A DNA stretch of 64,000 bases from Octopus sinensis (lineage: Eukaryota): NCBI RefSeq assembly GCF_006345805.1, contig NC_043001.1, positions 87,916,001 to 87,980,000 on the forward strand, given 5' to 3'. Made by a program: the position numbers and the translations under genes. The notes below the pieces were generated by a model. It did not search any database and was not told the origin of the DNA. It worked only from the letters and a program-made list of their open reading frames with translations. Shown piece by piece: positions 36,308-51,180 of this stretch (position 1 is its first letter; every line of letters starts with the position of its first letter).

Positions 36308-38316
36308 GTAAGGATTATTAAAATTTCTTTATTTGCTATTTTACCTTGTTTTCACATTTTGTTATTATAATTACATAATTACTTTTGTTTGGCTCCAAGT
36401 CTGTCCCCATTTAACAGATTTTCCTTAATAGTATTTAGTATTAGGTCTGCCTAATTGGATAAACTTGTGATTGAAGGTGTTCCAGTTGTGACCATCCCAT
36501 CTATTCTTTTTCAGGCAAAGTGTGTATCCTGGATTTAGAATTTACATGCTATAAGTAGAAGCTAAAAGTTTTTGCATCAAGAAGGGCAACAGGTCTTATA
36601 GCCCTACCTAAAAACCCATGCTAGCCTGGAAAAGCCGGCATAAAAGCAATAAGGAAGATGATAATGATGATGGGAGCATCTAGATCTACATTATCCTACA
36701 TGCCCTTCTTTTTTTAAGATTTGAGTGAGATTTGGCTACTATTGCCAGCTGATATTTGGCTTCTATTTGGTAGTAGTATTTGGCTACTACTATCACATAC
36801 AGGATATTTTGTTGAATGACTATGTGTGATCAGCATGTCCATTGTTCTAGATATGCTTTGTCCATGTCTAGTGGAGGACCATATTGTGTACTCAAACAAG
36901 ATAGATCATCATGTGGAATACAGTGTGGCAATGTAGAAAGTTTTGTTCTTTTCCTCTCTGTTGGAACACCAGTATATTTTTGACATTGTAAACTTATAAT
37001 CAAAAGCATTTGAACTGTGACCACAGTGTGTCTTGGACTAAATTATCCAGTGCATCTTACCTTCTTTTAAGGTAGGTGGGTGTTATTTGAGTGGAGTATT
37101 TAGAGCTGGTGTACAGAAACTTTTTAGTCGTGGGAGAGAATTGCATGTGTATAAAACCTGTGCTACGAAAAATAATCATTCTTTAATTTTATAATTTCAT
37201 TATTATGTAATTTGGATTAAATGACTGTTTTGGTCTTAAGGCTTGAATTATTTTGTTTCATATGAATTTATAGAGATTTTGTTAGTGGGCAATTTTAAAA
37301 TTAAATGCAGGTGAAATTTCACTGTGGGTAAGGGATTTACAACCCCTAACTTAGATGCTACACCTCATTGGCTTGAAATTGAGGCGATGTTTTGTAGCCT
37401 CAGGGCAAGAGTGAGATTTGGTAAGTGAATTGGGGTGGTAACATCAAAATGTTTAGAAGAGGAGACGTAAGGTATGTCTGATGAGCTACTAGCTGTAGCC
37501 AACATGGAGTGCATTATCTTCTACATTTGTAGTTCAGTTTCTTTTGTTTTGTTTAATATTTTGGTTTGTTTGTTATTGTTTTGTTACTTGAAATGCACAA
37601 TAGCTGTGAGGTTAATACACTTGACAATCATTGACCCCATAGCCACAGGCTTAAAGTTTATTACTTGCACTATTATGTTGTATTCTTGAGACAGACAAGT
37701 AACATTATCAAAGAATTATACTCATCCGTGTTCACCATTAGCACATGTTCACCATGAACTGTTGTTCACCTTTCACTCTAGTTTACCATTCACCATCATT
37801 CACTATTCACCACTATCTCCCCTCACTCACTGTTTACCCTTGGTCATCAGTCTCTCTCGTTCACTGTTCACCATAGTTAAGCATTTTCGTTGTTCACTAT
37901 TCAGTACATTCAGCCCTAACCCTGTTCAGTAAATGTCTGTCACTCTTCTCCCATACTCTTGCAAACTTTACCCACCTATACTTCCTGATCTTCTGTCCCC
38001 GCTCTCTTTTCTATTCACTTTCTACCTTGAGGGTATGCTATAATACCTTATCACCATTATCTTTATCTTTCTTTTCTGTTCCACTTCCAATTACTCCCAC
38101 TCACCCTTATGTAATGCAGATTAGCAATATATTTTCTCTTCAGCAACACACCTATTTCTATCCCTTCAATCATGCATTAATCTCTCAGCAACTAGTCTCA
38201 ACCAGTCAAGGATTTTATTTTATTTTATTTATTTCTTTTGGTCACTTGTGCTGGTGCTCTGAAAAGGTACCCAGTACATTTTGTGAAATGGTTGACATTA
38301 AGAAGGGCATGAAAAA

Positions 38317-39070
38317 GGTGTGTGAAAAAGTGCCACTCTCTAGCGGTTGAGGGAACCGCTAGAGGTAGACCCAGGAAAACCTGGGACGAGGTGGTGAAGC
38401 ACGACCTTTGAACATAAGGCCTCACCGAGGCAATGACTAATGACCGAGACCTTTGGAAATATGCTGTACATTAGAAGACCCGGCAGGACAAGTGAGTCCA
38501 TAACCTGTGGCCTTTGCCAGGGATGTAGCCAGCCCACTTATGTATAACTTTCCTTCTTTGGACACAAAACTCTGCTTGTGAAGACCTGTTGAGGCAAGTG
38601 AAATCGAAATTGAATTCAAAATCGAACCACATCCGACGACTGGCACCCATGTCAACCTCCCTTCATTGGACACTAAACTCTGCTTGCGAAGACCTGTTGG
38701 GGCAAGTGAAATCAAAATTGAACCAAATTCTATGACTGGCACCTGGCCGTTGCCAGTGCTACTGGACTGACTCCTGTGCAGGTGGCAAGTAAAGAAACAC
38801 TGTTTCAACCCTGTACTTGAGGAGATCTATTGAGTCAAGTACATCAACATCAAAAATCAATGGAAATAGTAGTTGTGATCCCTGTGCCGGTGGCACGTAA
38901 AAAGCACCCACTACACTCACAGAGTGGTTAGCGTTAAGAAGGGTATCCAGCTATAGAAACACTGCCAGATCAGACTGGAACCTGGTGCAGCCTTCTGGCT
39001 TCCCAGACCTTGGTCGAACCGTCCAACCCATGCTAGCATGGAAAACGGACGTTAAACGATGATGGTGATG
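38317..39070 (+). mobile_element. 5'-truncated RTE LINE (same family as 15190)
   Basis: gtgtgaaaaagtgccac...ggtagacccaggaaaacctggga ORF end plus UTR and (GAT)n tail. Confidence 0.85.
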
Positions 39071-39649
39071 CTGATGAAGGTGCAGAAACCATGCCAAGGT
39101 AGATATTGGAGTATGGCATGGTCCTTTGATTTATTAGATCCTGTTGGACCATCTAAACAATGCCAGCATAGAAAATGGATGGTTAGATGATGATGATGAC
39201 CATTGTCTCCAGCTAGTCATACCGACACTGCCAAATTCTCAACCAGGCAGAAATATAGCAATTCCATGATCCCCATCAACCACCCTCATATGCACACTTG
39301 CAAAAATCAATCAACGCAAACATTCTTTCTCCAATTTGATTTATACTACCATGGTACATAACACACTTCACAAAAATAATCTATGACAACTCCAACAACA
39401 AAAACAAACAGGAAACTAGCTAGCTACCTACCATTAGTATCGACTAAAGCTACATACTTGTAAAGCAAATACAAACACCTTAAGAACAGTACATGGTAAG
39501 CTGGTAAACTACATTGCAGGTCACCAACCCTTTGGTGTGCATAACACCAAATCTAAAATTTGTAACATGCTGAATAGAATACTGCAAAGATTCATCTGCT
39601 CACTCTTTCTTTTTTTTTTGTGTGTGTGTGTGTGTGTGTATATATGTGT

Positions 39650-40560
39650 TTTTATAACATAATTTCTAATAGCTCCATAAAATTTACACATGGTCTCATC
39701 TGTTTACAACATCACAGTTACATCCTATTACAATTTCACAGAAACAGCTGGATAACTGCTCAAAATTATAAAATCAACCTGACTAAATTACTACCTACCA
39801 AATCCATCCTCATTATGTGTCCTACCAGTAATACTAGAGAACATCAAACACAACCAACCATCACACTCAACAACATACCATACATATGTGCAAGAAGCAT
39901 AAAATACTAAGAATCTCATACAATATTCATACTCTCTTTTACTTGTTTCAATCATTTGACTGTGGTCATGCTGGAGCACTGCCTTTAGTTGAGCAAATCA
40001 ACCCCAGGAATTATTCTTTGTAAGCGTAGTACATATTCTATCGGTCTTTTTTGCCGAACCGCTAAGTTATGGGGACGTAAACACACCAGCATCGGTTGTC
40101 AAGTGATGTTGGGGGGACAAACACAGACATACAAACATCTACACACACACACATATATATATATACATATATATTGATGGGCTTCTTTGAATTTCCGTCT
40201 ACCAAATCTACTCACAAAGCTTTGGTTGGCCCGAGGCTATAGTAGAAGACACTTGCCCAAGGTGCCACACAGTTGGACTGAACCTGGAACCATGTGGTTT
40301 GTAAGCAGACTACTTACCACACAGCCACCCCTATGCCTATTTACACTAAAAGATGTATTGAAGGAAGAGAAGCACTTCAAAAATATACTTAGAGCACTTG
40401 GGGATACCACATTTATCATCATAAAACACTAATTTTGTATAATCATAAATTTCATAAAAACTACCTGTGCAATGAAAAAAAATACAAGCTGATGAGGCTG
40501 TTGTTACATGGTAGCTCAGTCTGCAAGAAATAGCTGACAAATCCCCTAACTTACACCTTT
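39650..40560 (+). mobile_element. Decayed RTE LINE post-RT fragment, split by the SINE at 39925-40340
   Basis: YKINLTK...QPTITLNNIPYICARSIKY resembles RTE LKINL.KT...P.I.I.N..L..V..FKYLGS. Confidence 0.5.
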
Positions 40561-41151
40561 TCTATTTTCAAACAGGGAAGTATACATTAGATAACGTAGT
40601 TGTGGATGTACTGTCTGAATAAACAATCCGGTGGTCCTCATAGGATTGTATATAATCATTGGTGTGTTTGAGAAGGGCTAACCTGGGGCTAAATGATAAC
40701 AATGTGTATATAATAATGGACTCTCCTGTTGTTAGATGATGTATGAGGGTTCGACAATTTCTTACCAAACAACTACTCCACAGATGATTTGCTTATAGTG
40801 ATAAGATGTTTGTGTAGACATAAGTTCACTCCCTCCATCAAATTGATATTACCTGTACAGGTGCAACTGGGTGTCACATGTCAGAAATGATTGCAGAGCA
40901 ACGTGAAATGAAACGCTTTGCTCAAGAACACAGTGCAATGCCTTGTCTTGGAATCGAACCCATGATCTCACAGTTGTGAATTCAACACCTACTAAACATT
41001 CACACACATACACGTATAAATAGGTGACATACATGAAACTCTTGTGACATACATGAAACTCTTGAATCACTTTGTAATTTCTGCTGATTAAAAAAAAAAT
41101 ATATAACCCATGCCAACAGGGAAGATGTGTGTTAAAAGATGATGATATATA

Positions 41152-41466
41152 CAGGGTGGTTGCTAGAAAAGTGGAAAATTTGAAGGCAGAACTAACGAGT
41201 ATTAGTTAAATCATCAATAAACTGTATGATAGATGGTTTCTGATTTATTGTTTCTGTTATGAAATGAACACAATCATAACAAGCATTGATCTCATTTGTT
41301 TCTGAGTGAACCCCACATCATGGAAGAAGGCTGTGGAAGGAAACAGCTGTCAGACTTTCAGAGACAAACTATTGTTCTTTTCAATAGTGAAAATCTGACT
41401 CAGGCACTGACTAAATGTTTAACTATCAGCATTTCATGAATTTTCTGCTTTTCTATGATCACCCTG
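41152..41466. mobile_element. Tc1/mariner-type MITE
   Basis: TA-flanked diverged TIRs cagggtggttgctagaaaagtggaaaattt / aattttctgcttttctatgatcaccctg. Confidence 0.7.
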
Positions 41467-43505
41467 TATATAGTAATTGATGATATATATATATATATAG
41501 CTTATGTTCTGTTGTGAGTTACATGGTTATGTCTCCATTGAAGAATGATCTCACAGTTTTTATTTGTGGAAACTATATGTTGGAGGTGAGGGATTTATGT
41601 TGGCCTGTGTATGGTGCTTGTTTTTGCATGGAAAGTTGAGTAAAGGAGTGAAGAATGGCATTATCTGCTTAAGATCTGCCTGTTTGAAGTGGCAGTAAGT
41701 AGATGATTAATGTGCAAAGGAAAGACTGATGGGATCATAACTGAAGTGTTGTGGCTTAAGAGAGATTTGCTGGCAATTGTGTGCTCTTAAAGGAAGTTTC
41801 TAATCCAGTAGACCAAACAGATGAAGATATGGTCAAGAGCTTTGTTGATGCCAAGTGTCAACAAAATTGCTTTTGTTGAAGCTCTCAGTGGCAAGAGACA
41901 CAGTAGAGAAGTTCTCCAATAATTGTGGGTCTATGATAGTGTTGATAATTGCTGATGTAGGGAGAGATTCAAGGTGATGAAATTAGGATTGTCTACAAAA
42001 TGTTTCCAATGTCTTGGAAATATTGGGAGTAATAGGTCAGTAGTTGGCAGAGCTTAGAGTTGTTTACTTTTGAGAAGAAAAAACAGACTGATTTCCCTCG
42101 GGATAATTGTCATCTATGTAGGGGATTAAAGCTGTTGATTGGTGTATGTTGTAAACATGTGTTCACTAGTGTGGTATGTATTGTAAATAGGTGAATTGTT
42201 GGTGTGTGTGTATGTGTTAAAAAAAACACACACATAAGGATAAACAAACGAAACAAAGAGAAAACACACAGAATGTAGCCAATACTCATCAGTTATTGTC
42301 AAAGAAGGATCACATATTTATCAGGTAGTAAAATTGATTCTGTATTTTAATGGTTGAGTATACCTGCCATCGAATTAGTCCTAGGATGAAGTAATTAGGT
42401 TAGATCTAAAACTGCTGACCTTGACATGAGATGACTGTATCTGGGATAAATTTAATAGAGAGATCTTGTATTTCTGATCTGTCCTTCTCATGTCAAGATG
42501 GTGTAAAATAGACATTATAATTATCAGGTGTCATTATAATTATGATCATTATTACCATGACAATGCTAATTATTATGGTGTTCTCATCACCATTATTATT
42601 GTCATTTGTGTCAAGCTTGCAGGATTGTCAGCACATTGGACAAAATGCTTAGTAGCATTTCTTCTTACACTGTGAGTTCAAATACCACTGAGATCAACTT
42701 AGCGTTTTATCCTTTTGTGGGTAGATAAAATAAGTACCAATTAAGCTCTGAGGTTGATTTAATCAACCTATCCACTTCCCTTAAAATTGCAGGCCTTGTA
42801 CCAAAATTTGAAACAGTTATTATGATCTTGATGATGTCATGAAGATGTCTTTAGATTGTTTTTAGGTTGTGTGGAGCATATTCTGTAGTCAAGTATGAGT
42901 TTATGTGTGGTCTTCTAAAAATAGCAAGCAAATCTCTGATATCAAAGAGAAGAATCTACTGTATGATGTAGTCCTATTTACATTATTCTTTCCTACTCTA
43001 GGCACAAGGTCCAAAATTTTGGGGGAGGAGGTCAATCGATTAGATCAACCCCAGTACACAATTGGTATATAATTTATCGGCCTTGAAAGGATGAATGGCA
43101 AATTTAACCTTGATGGAATTTGAACTCAGAACATGAAGACACAAAATACTTCTAAGCATTTTGCCCAGCATGCAATCCTATATATATTATTACAGTAAAT
43201 AAAATGGAGTTGCAATTGCTGGGAAACCTTTGCTCAATCAAGGTTTACCTTTGGTTGAATAACATCTAAGGCAAAATGGAGTTCCTTCCTCTGCCATAAA
43301 ATTGCATAAACAAGGATATCAAGTGACTGTATGCTTGTATTATAACTGAATTTAATGTGTGTATCCTGGTTTTAGAATGGGTACACTGCATATTAAAAGG
43401 GTTGATGACAGTAAGGACATCTGGTTGGAAAAGCATTGTTTCAGAAAATGTGTTCAATCCATGCCAGCATGGAAAAACAGGCACAAAATGCTGCTGCTGA
43501 AAACA

Positions 43506-43554
<49 letters not shown>

Positions 43555-44922
43555 ACAGACACATGAAAACATATGATTAATTACACACACCTATGTATGA
43601 GTACTCACATACATGACTGTTCACACAGGTGAATACACACACACACAGTGTAACATCTTAACTCTTATCATGTCCAGTAATTATGAGGCGATTAATTGTA
43701 AAGTGACAAGCACTCAACATTTTGGCAGTTTTTATTAAAAACAGAACAGGCAGACATGACTTTACTGGAGGGATGCCAACGTTGGCATGTGGTGGCGGGG
43801 AATGGATAGGTGATAGTGTGCATAATGCAAGCTTAGCTTTAGTCAGCTTTACTTGAACAGGTAGAGATACCAATGAAATATGTGATTTCTTAAAATTTTT
43901 AAATAATCTATATTTAATTAGGAGTTTTGTTTTTGACAACTTCTTGTATTTCTGTTCAAATCTCAGCTTTGCTTTTTTATTTCTCTTGGGTTAACAAATA
44001 GCATTATTAGATTTGGTGGTGGAAAAGAGAGCAATTCACCAGACTCTATAATGATACCTGCGCTTTTGTTAAAATGAATTATTATTAGAATCAATAGTGC
44101 AGCAGACTCAGTGTTTAGTGGTATTTAGTTGCATTCTTTTGTATTCTTAGTTGAATGAAGCCCGGCTGGGGTTAACTTTGCTTCATTCTCTTGAGTGAAT
44201 AAAATAAGTACTAGTCAGGTACTGGGTTAATTACATCGATGGTACCTTTCTGCATGTGCCTGTACTAGAAGTAGTATTTGTTTTGGTTCTTTATGGTCTG
44301 GGTTCAAATACTACCTTGATTAACCTTGCTTTTCATCGTATTGGGGTTGATACACCAGTCAAATCTTATTGGGGTTAAGCACCAGTCAAATATTGGTGCT
44401 GATGATTTTGACTGATACTCACCACAGAGAATTTCGAAATTGTGTGCCTATGATAGAAATTATTATAACTAAGGTAGTGAGCTTGTAGAATCGTTAGCAT
44501 GCTGGACAAAATGCTTATCACCATTTTGTCTGTCTTTTCATTCTGAGTTCAAATGCTGCAGAGGTCGACTTTGCCTTTCATCCTTTCAGGGTTGATAAAA
44601 TAAGTACCAGTTGAGTACTGGGGTTGATGTAATCAACTATCCATCTCCACAAAATTTCAGGCCTTCTGCCTATCGTAGAAAGGATTATTATTATTATTGT
44701 GGTGAGCTGGCAGAATCATTAGCATGCTGGGTAAAATGCTTAATGACATTTCATCCAGCTTTGCTATGAGTTCAAATTCTACCAAGATCAACTTTGCCTT
44801 TCATCCTTTTAGGGGTCAATAAATTAAGTACCAGTTATGCATGGGGGTCGATGTAATCAACTTACTCCCTCGCACCAAATTTCAGGCCTTTTGCCCTTTA
44901 GTAGAAAGGATTATTATCATCA

Positions 44923-44977
<55 letters not shown>

Positions 44978-45584
44978 GGCAAACTGGTAAAATCGTTAGC
45001 ATGCCGGGCAAAATGCTTACTGGCATTCCATTCCTCTTCACATTCTCAGTTCAAATTCTGCCAAGGTTGATTTTTGCCTTCCTTGTTTATGTGAGCTCTG
45101 CATGAGCTTGTCGTACAAATACTGTCTGGGTAGGTACATTGCTGTCAGTCATTCTCATGATGTGGCCAGTTCAACAGCTGAGCCTCGAGCAGCATTGATC
45201 CAATGCTTGTTGAACCATCTCTGTCCAGCACTTCTTGGTTTGTCACTCTGTCATACCAGTGAATGCCCATGATCCTGCACAGTGCCCTTGTGTGAAACTG
45301 TTCCAGCTGTTATTTGTGCCATGCTATACGGCATGCATGTTCACTGTCACACTATGCACCACATGTCAACACTATCAACACACAAAATCCTACATGACAT
45401 ATCTTCATTACTGCACTACATACCAGTTTTTCAGTATCACACTTTACACAAAACACATCCTTACTACTGCACAATATGCATTTTCACTACCTCACAACAT
45501 GTTCTTGCTATTGCACTCTAGGTCCTCACAACCACACAACAATGTCCCCAAAGCCACATGTGTCTTCACTCCTGCACATGACAC

Positions 45585-46330
45585 ATATCCTCTCTCCCAT
45601 ACACTGTATATCCCCTCTCCCTTGCACTGTGTATCCTCTCTCACGCTCTGTGTATCCCCTCTCCCACGCTCTTTGTATCCCCTCTCCCACGCTCTGCACA
45701 TCCTCTTTCCCACACTCTGCGTATCCCCTTTCCCATGCTCTGCGTATCCTCTTTCCCACACTCTGGGTATCCCCTCTCCCATGCTCTGTGTATCCCCTCT
45801 CCCATGCTCTGCGTATCCCCTCTCCCACGCTCTGCATATCCCCTCTCGCATGCTCTGTGTACCCTCTCTCCCATTCTCTGTGTACCCCTCTCCCACGCTC
45901 TGTACCCCCTCCCCCATGCTCTGTGTATCCCCTCTCTCCCACGCTCTGTATACCTTCTCTCCCATGCTCTGTACCCCCTCCCCCACGCTCTGTGTACCCC
46001 CTCTCTCACGCTCTGTACCCCCTCTCCCACGCTCTGTGTATCCCCTCTCCCATGCTCTGTGCACCCTCTCTCCCATGCTCTGTGCACCCTCTCTCCCATG
46101 CTCTGTGTACCCTCTCTCCCACGCTCTGTGTACCTTCTCTCCCATGCTCTGTGTACCTTCTCTCCCATGCTCTGTGTACATTCTCTCCCATGCTCTGTGT
46201 ATCCTCTCTCCCATGCTCTGTGTACCCTCTCTCCCATGCTCTGTGTACCCTCTCTCCCACGCTCTGTGTACCTTCTCTCCCATGTTTTGACCCTCTCTCC
46301 CACCCACATGTTGTGCATCTTCTCTCTCAT
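45585..46330. repeat. About 23-bp minisatellite (gctctgtgtaccctctctcccat, 21-23 bp variants, roughly 30 units)
   Basis: Direct reading of the tandem units. Strong pyrimidine/purine strand asymmetry. Confidence 0.95.
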
Positions 46331-47576
46331 GTACTGTGTATCTTTTCTCCCACGTGCTGTGTATCCTTGGTCCCACACTACGTGTCTTTACTATCAACCA
46401 CTGCACTATATATAGCACACTGCATGTTGTCACTACCCAGCTACTACCCTCTACATTTTACATTCTATACTATATTATACATGATACTATCATTTTAAAG
46501 ACAGTAGGGGGTTTCTTGAATTCAATTCCACATCTAGTAGGTTCAGTAACTTCTGTGCTTTTCTGGCATACAAGATGACATAGTATATAATGTAAACATG
46601 TAGCTTAAACATTCAAACATCATCACTATCTTTTCAAATCCTGCTGCATTTCATGTGGAGTTTTTGGTCTTCCTGTGTTGTCATCTTGGGGTATAAGTCA
46701 ACCAACTTGTTTTGGGCTGTAAATTTGGGGCTGAAAAAAATTTGAGTTGTATGCCAGAAAATATGGTACATATGTCATTTGTTGACTTATGGAATCCCAA
46801 TTTTTAAAATACTCTCATTCCAACTGTGATATTTGATTGGTTGTGTAGATGTCCCATTTCTGGCTTGTGGGATCCTCATTCCAATGACAATGAGTTTGGT
46901 GCAGTGATGTAGAAGAACTGACTGCTACATTGAACAGGTCAAGTGATTATGTGAAAGTTGCCAATAAATGATGTTCGCAGTGGTGATGATGGTGACAATG
47001 ATGATGATGATGATTCTTTGTATGTTTGTTGCTGGCCATGGAAAACAAGCTGACTTAAAAATCTGCAATAGACTGCAATATGGTGGTACTAGCACGGTCA
47101 GCTGCCAAATAGCTGACTTGTTTATTGTCCGTTAAAATGGAATTAGTTCGTCTATGCTCCAGACTGAAATGTCAGCTAAAAGGTTGCTGATGGCAACTCA
47201 ACACAGTCAGTGAGACATGATGCGAATGTGTGCGTGCATGCGTACTTGTGTGTGTGTGTGTATGGGGAAATGGAGATGGGACTGGAGTTGTGTATCGTGT
47301 CCAAGGAAATATGATTTGGATGCAACATTTGATTGGGGCAGCTGCCATCGTAATCCCCCCTCCTCAGCTGTTTACGCTGCCACCACCTCCAGCACCAGCA
47401 CTGTCATCGTTGCATCTATGCTGTTGTCACCCTTGACACTACTTTCACCACCAGCACTTACCACCAGTCTTTCCCTGACACCAACACTACTGTCACCACG
47501 ACCACCATGACCACCACCATTTTCATTGTTGTTATGTGAAGTCTCTTGAGTAGCAGAGTGAGCAAAACACTGAAAT

Positions 47577-47611
47577 TATATATATATATATATATAATAT
47601 ATATTATATAT

Positions 47612-47670
<59 letters not shown>

Positions 47671-47699
47671 TTATATATATATATACACACACACACACC

Positions 47700-47730
<31 letters not shown>

Positions 47731-47767
47731 TATATATATATATACACACATATATACATATATACAC

Positions 47768-47811
<44 letters not shown>

Positions 47812-47896
47812 TATACACACATATATATATACACACACATATATATACACATATATACACACATATATTTATACACATATATATACATATATACAC

Positions 47897-47927
<31 letters not shown>

Positions 47928-48156
47928 TATATATACACACATATATATATACACATATATATATATATATATACACACATATATATATATACACACATAT
48001 ATACATGGCAGGAGGTGCAGATGAGGGCAGCTGTATCGAACTCTCTCATGCACCAAATGGGAGTTGCTAAAAAGCATTTGTGAAGTAAAACCATGTAGCA
48101 ACACCAAATGGTGGTGCCCCAGCATGGCCACAGCTCGTGAGCTGAAACTAGAATTA

Positions 48157-48214
<58 letters not shown>

Positions 48215-48305
48215 TATATATACACACATATATATACATATATACACACATATATACACATATATACATATATACACATATATACATATATACACATATA
48301 TATAT
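47577..48305. repeat. Compound (TA)n/(CA)n microsatellites with a short SINE fragment at about 48005-48160
   Basis: Visible dinucleotide tracts. Confidence 0.9.
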
Positions 48306-49005
48306 CATCATCATCATCGTTTAGCGTCCGTTTTCCATGCTAGCATGGGTTGGACGGTTCTACTGGGGTCTGTGAAGCCAGAAGGCTTCATCAGGCCCAG
48401 TCAAATCTGGCAGTGTTTCTACGGCTGGATGCCCTTCCTAACGCCAACCACTCCGTGAGTGTAGTGGGTGCTTTTTACGTGCCACCCGCACAGGTGCCAG
48501 ACAGAGCTGGCAAACGGCCACAAACGGATGGTGCCTTATATGTGCCACCGGCACGGGGGCCAGGCGAGGCTGGCAACGGACACGAACGGATGGTGCTTTT
48601 TACGTGCCACCGGCACTAGGCCAGTCGGGGCGGCGCTGGTAACGGTAGCGAAACGGAAGTTTCTCTTACATGCCACCGGCACTGGTAACACATCTGCAAT
48701 TTCCATTGATCGATTTCGATTCTGAACCTCACTTGCTTCAACAGGTCTTCACAAGTAGAGTTTTGTGTCCCAAGAAGGGAAGGTATGCATACGTAGGCTG
48801 GCTCCATCCCATGTAGAAGGCCACGGGTTATTGACTCACTTGTCCTGCCAGGTCTTCTCGCGCACAGCACACTTTCAGAGGTCTCGGTCTCTAGTCATTT
48901 CCTCAGTAAGACCTAAAGTTCGAAGGTTGTGCTTCACCACCTCGTCCCAGGTTTTCCTGGTTCTGCCTCTTCCGCAGGTTCCCTCAACCGCTAGGGTGTG
49001 GCACA
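48305..49005 (-). mobile_element. 5'-truncated RTE LINE (same family as 15190), antisense
   Basis: Minus ORF MCHTLAVEGTCGRGRTRKTWDEVVKHNLRTLGLTEEMTRDRDL. (CAT)n on the + strand is the tail. Confidence 0.85.
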
Positions 49006-49037
49006 TATATATATAATATATATATAATATATATATA

Positions 49038-49078
<41 letters not shown>

Positions 49079-49122
49079 CATATACATATATTATATATAT
49101 ATATATATATACATATATATAT

Positions 49123-49166
<44 letters not shown>

Positions 49167-49168
49167 TA

Positions 49169-49245
<77 letters not shown>

Positions 49246-49286
49246 TATATATATACATATATATTATATATAATATATATAATACA

Positions 49287-49366
<80 letters not shown>

Positions 49367-49382
49367 TATATATATAATATAT

Positions 49383-49415
<33 letters not shown>

Positions 49416-49499
49416 CATATATATTATATCATATATATATAATATAATATACATATATACATACATATTATATATATATATTATATATATATAATATAT

Positions 49500-49534
<35 letters not shown>

Positions 49535-49535
49535 C

Positions 49536-49567
<32 letters not shown>

Positions 49568-49571
49568 CATA

Positions 49572-49615
<44 letters not shown>

Positions 49616-49703
49616 CATATATATATATACATATATATATATATCTATATATATACATATATATATATACATATATAGATATAATATATATATATATATA
49701 TAC

Positions 49704-49734
<31 letters not shown>

Positions 49735-49799
49735 CATACATATTATATATATAATATACATACATACATATATATATATATTATATATATATTATATAT

Positions 49800-49836
<37 letters not shown>

Positions 49837-49873
49837 CATACATACATATATATATATATACATATATATATAC

Positions 49874-49904
<31 letters not shown>

Positions 49905-49974
49905 ATATATATATACATATATATATATCATATATATATATTATATATATACATATATATATACATACATACTA

Positions 49975-50016
<42 letters not shown>

Positions 50017-50109
50017 CATATATAATATACATACATATATATTATATATATATATATATATATCTATATATATATATATTATATATATATACATATATAT
50101 ATATACATA

Positions 50110-50170
<61 letters not shown>

Positions 50171-50559
50171 CATAATATAATATATATATAATATAATATA
50201 CATATATACATCATATATATATATATATATACAATATATATATACATATATATATATCTAATATATATATTATATATATATATATATAACATATATATAT
50301 ATATATATATACATATATATCATATATATATATATACTATATATATACATATATATATATATATACATATATACATACATATATATTATACATATATACA
50401 TATATATAACATATATACATATATATATATATATTATATATATATATATATATTATATATAATATATATATATATATATACATACTACATATATATATAT
50501 ATATATATATACATACATACATATATATATATACATATATTATACATACATACATACAT

Positions 50560-50593
<34 letters not shown>

Positions 50594-51135
50594 TATTATA
50601 CATATATATATATATATATATACATATATATATACATACATATATATATATCTATATATACATATATATAATATATATATATACATATATAATATACATA
50701 TATACATACATACTATATATATATATATAGATATATATATATAATAATATATATATATATATATATACATAATATATATATATATATATACATATATAAT
50801 ATATATATATATACAATATATATATATATACTATATATATATAATATATACATATATATAGACATATATATATATACATATACATATACATATATACATA
50901 TACATATATATATATACATATTATATATACATATATATATATACATATATACATTATATATATACATATATACATATATATACACATATATATATCATCA
51001 TCATCATCATCGTTTAGCGTCCGTTTTCCATGCTAGCATGGGTTGGATGGTTCAACTGGGGTCTGGGGAGCCCGAAAGCTGCACCAGTCCATATATACAT
51101 ATATATATATACCTATATATATATATACATATATA

Positions 51136-51180
<45 letters not shown>

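Noticed and set aside
44837-45070. ORF with poly-His/poly-Tyr
   Set aside because: It is a (CAT)/(TAT)n microsatellite between SINE copies.
45235-46498. Long ORFs (226-351 aa) on both strands
   Set aside because: They are produced by a stop-free 23-bp minisatellite. There is no domain, codon or splice evidence.
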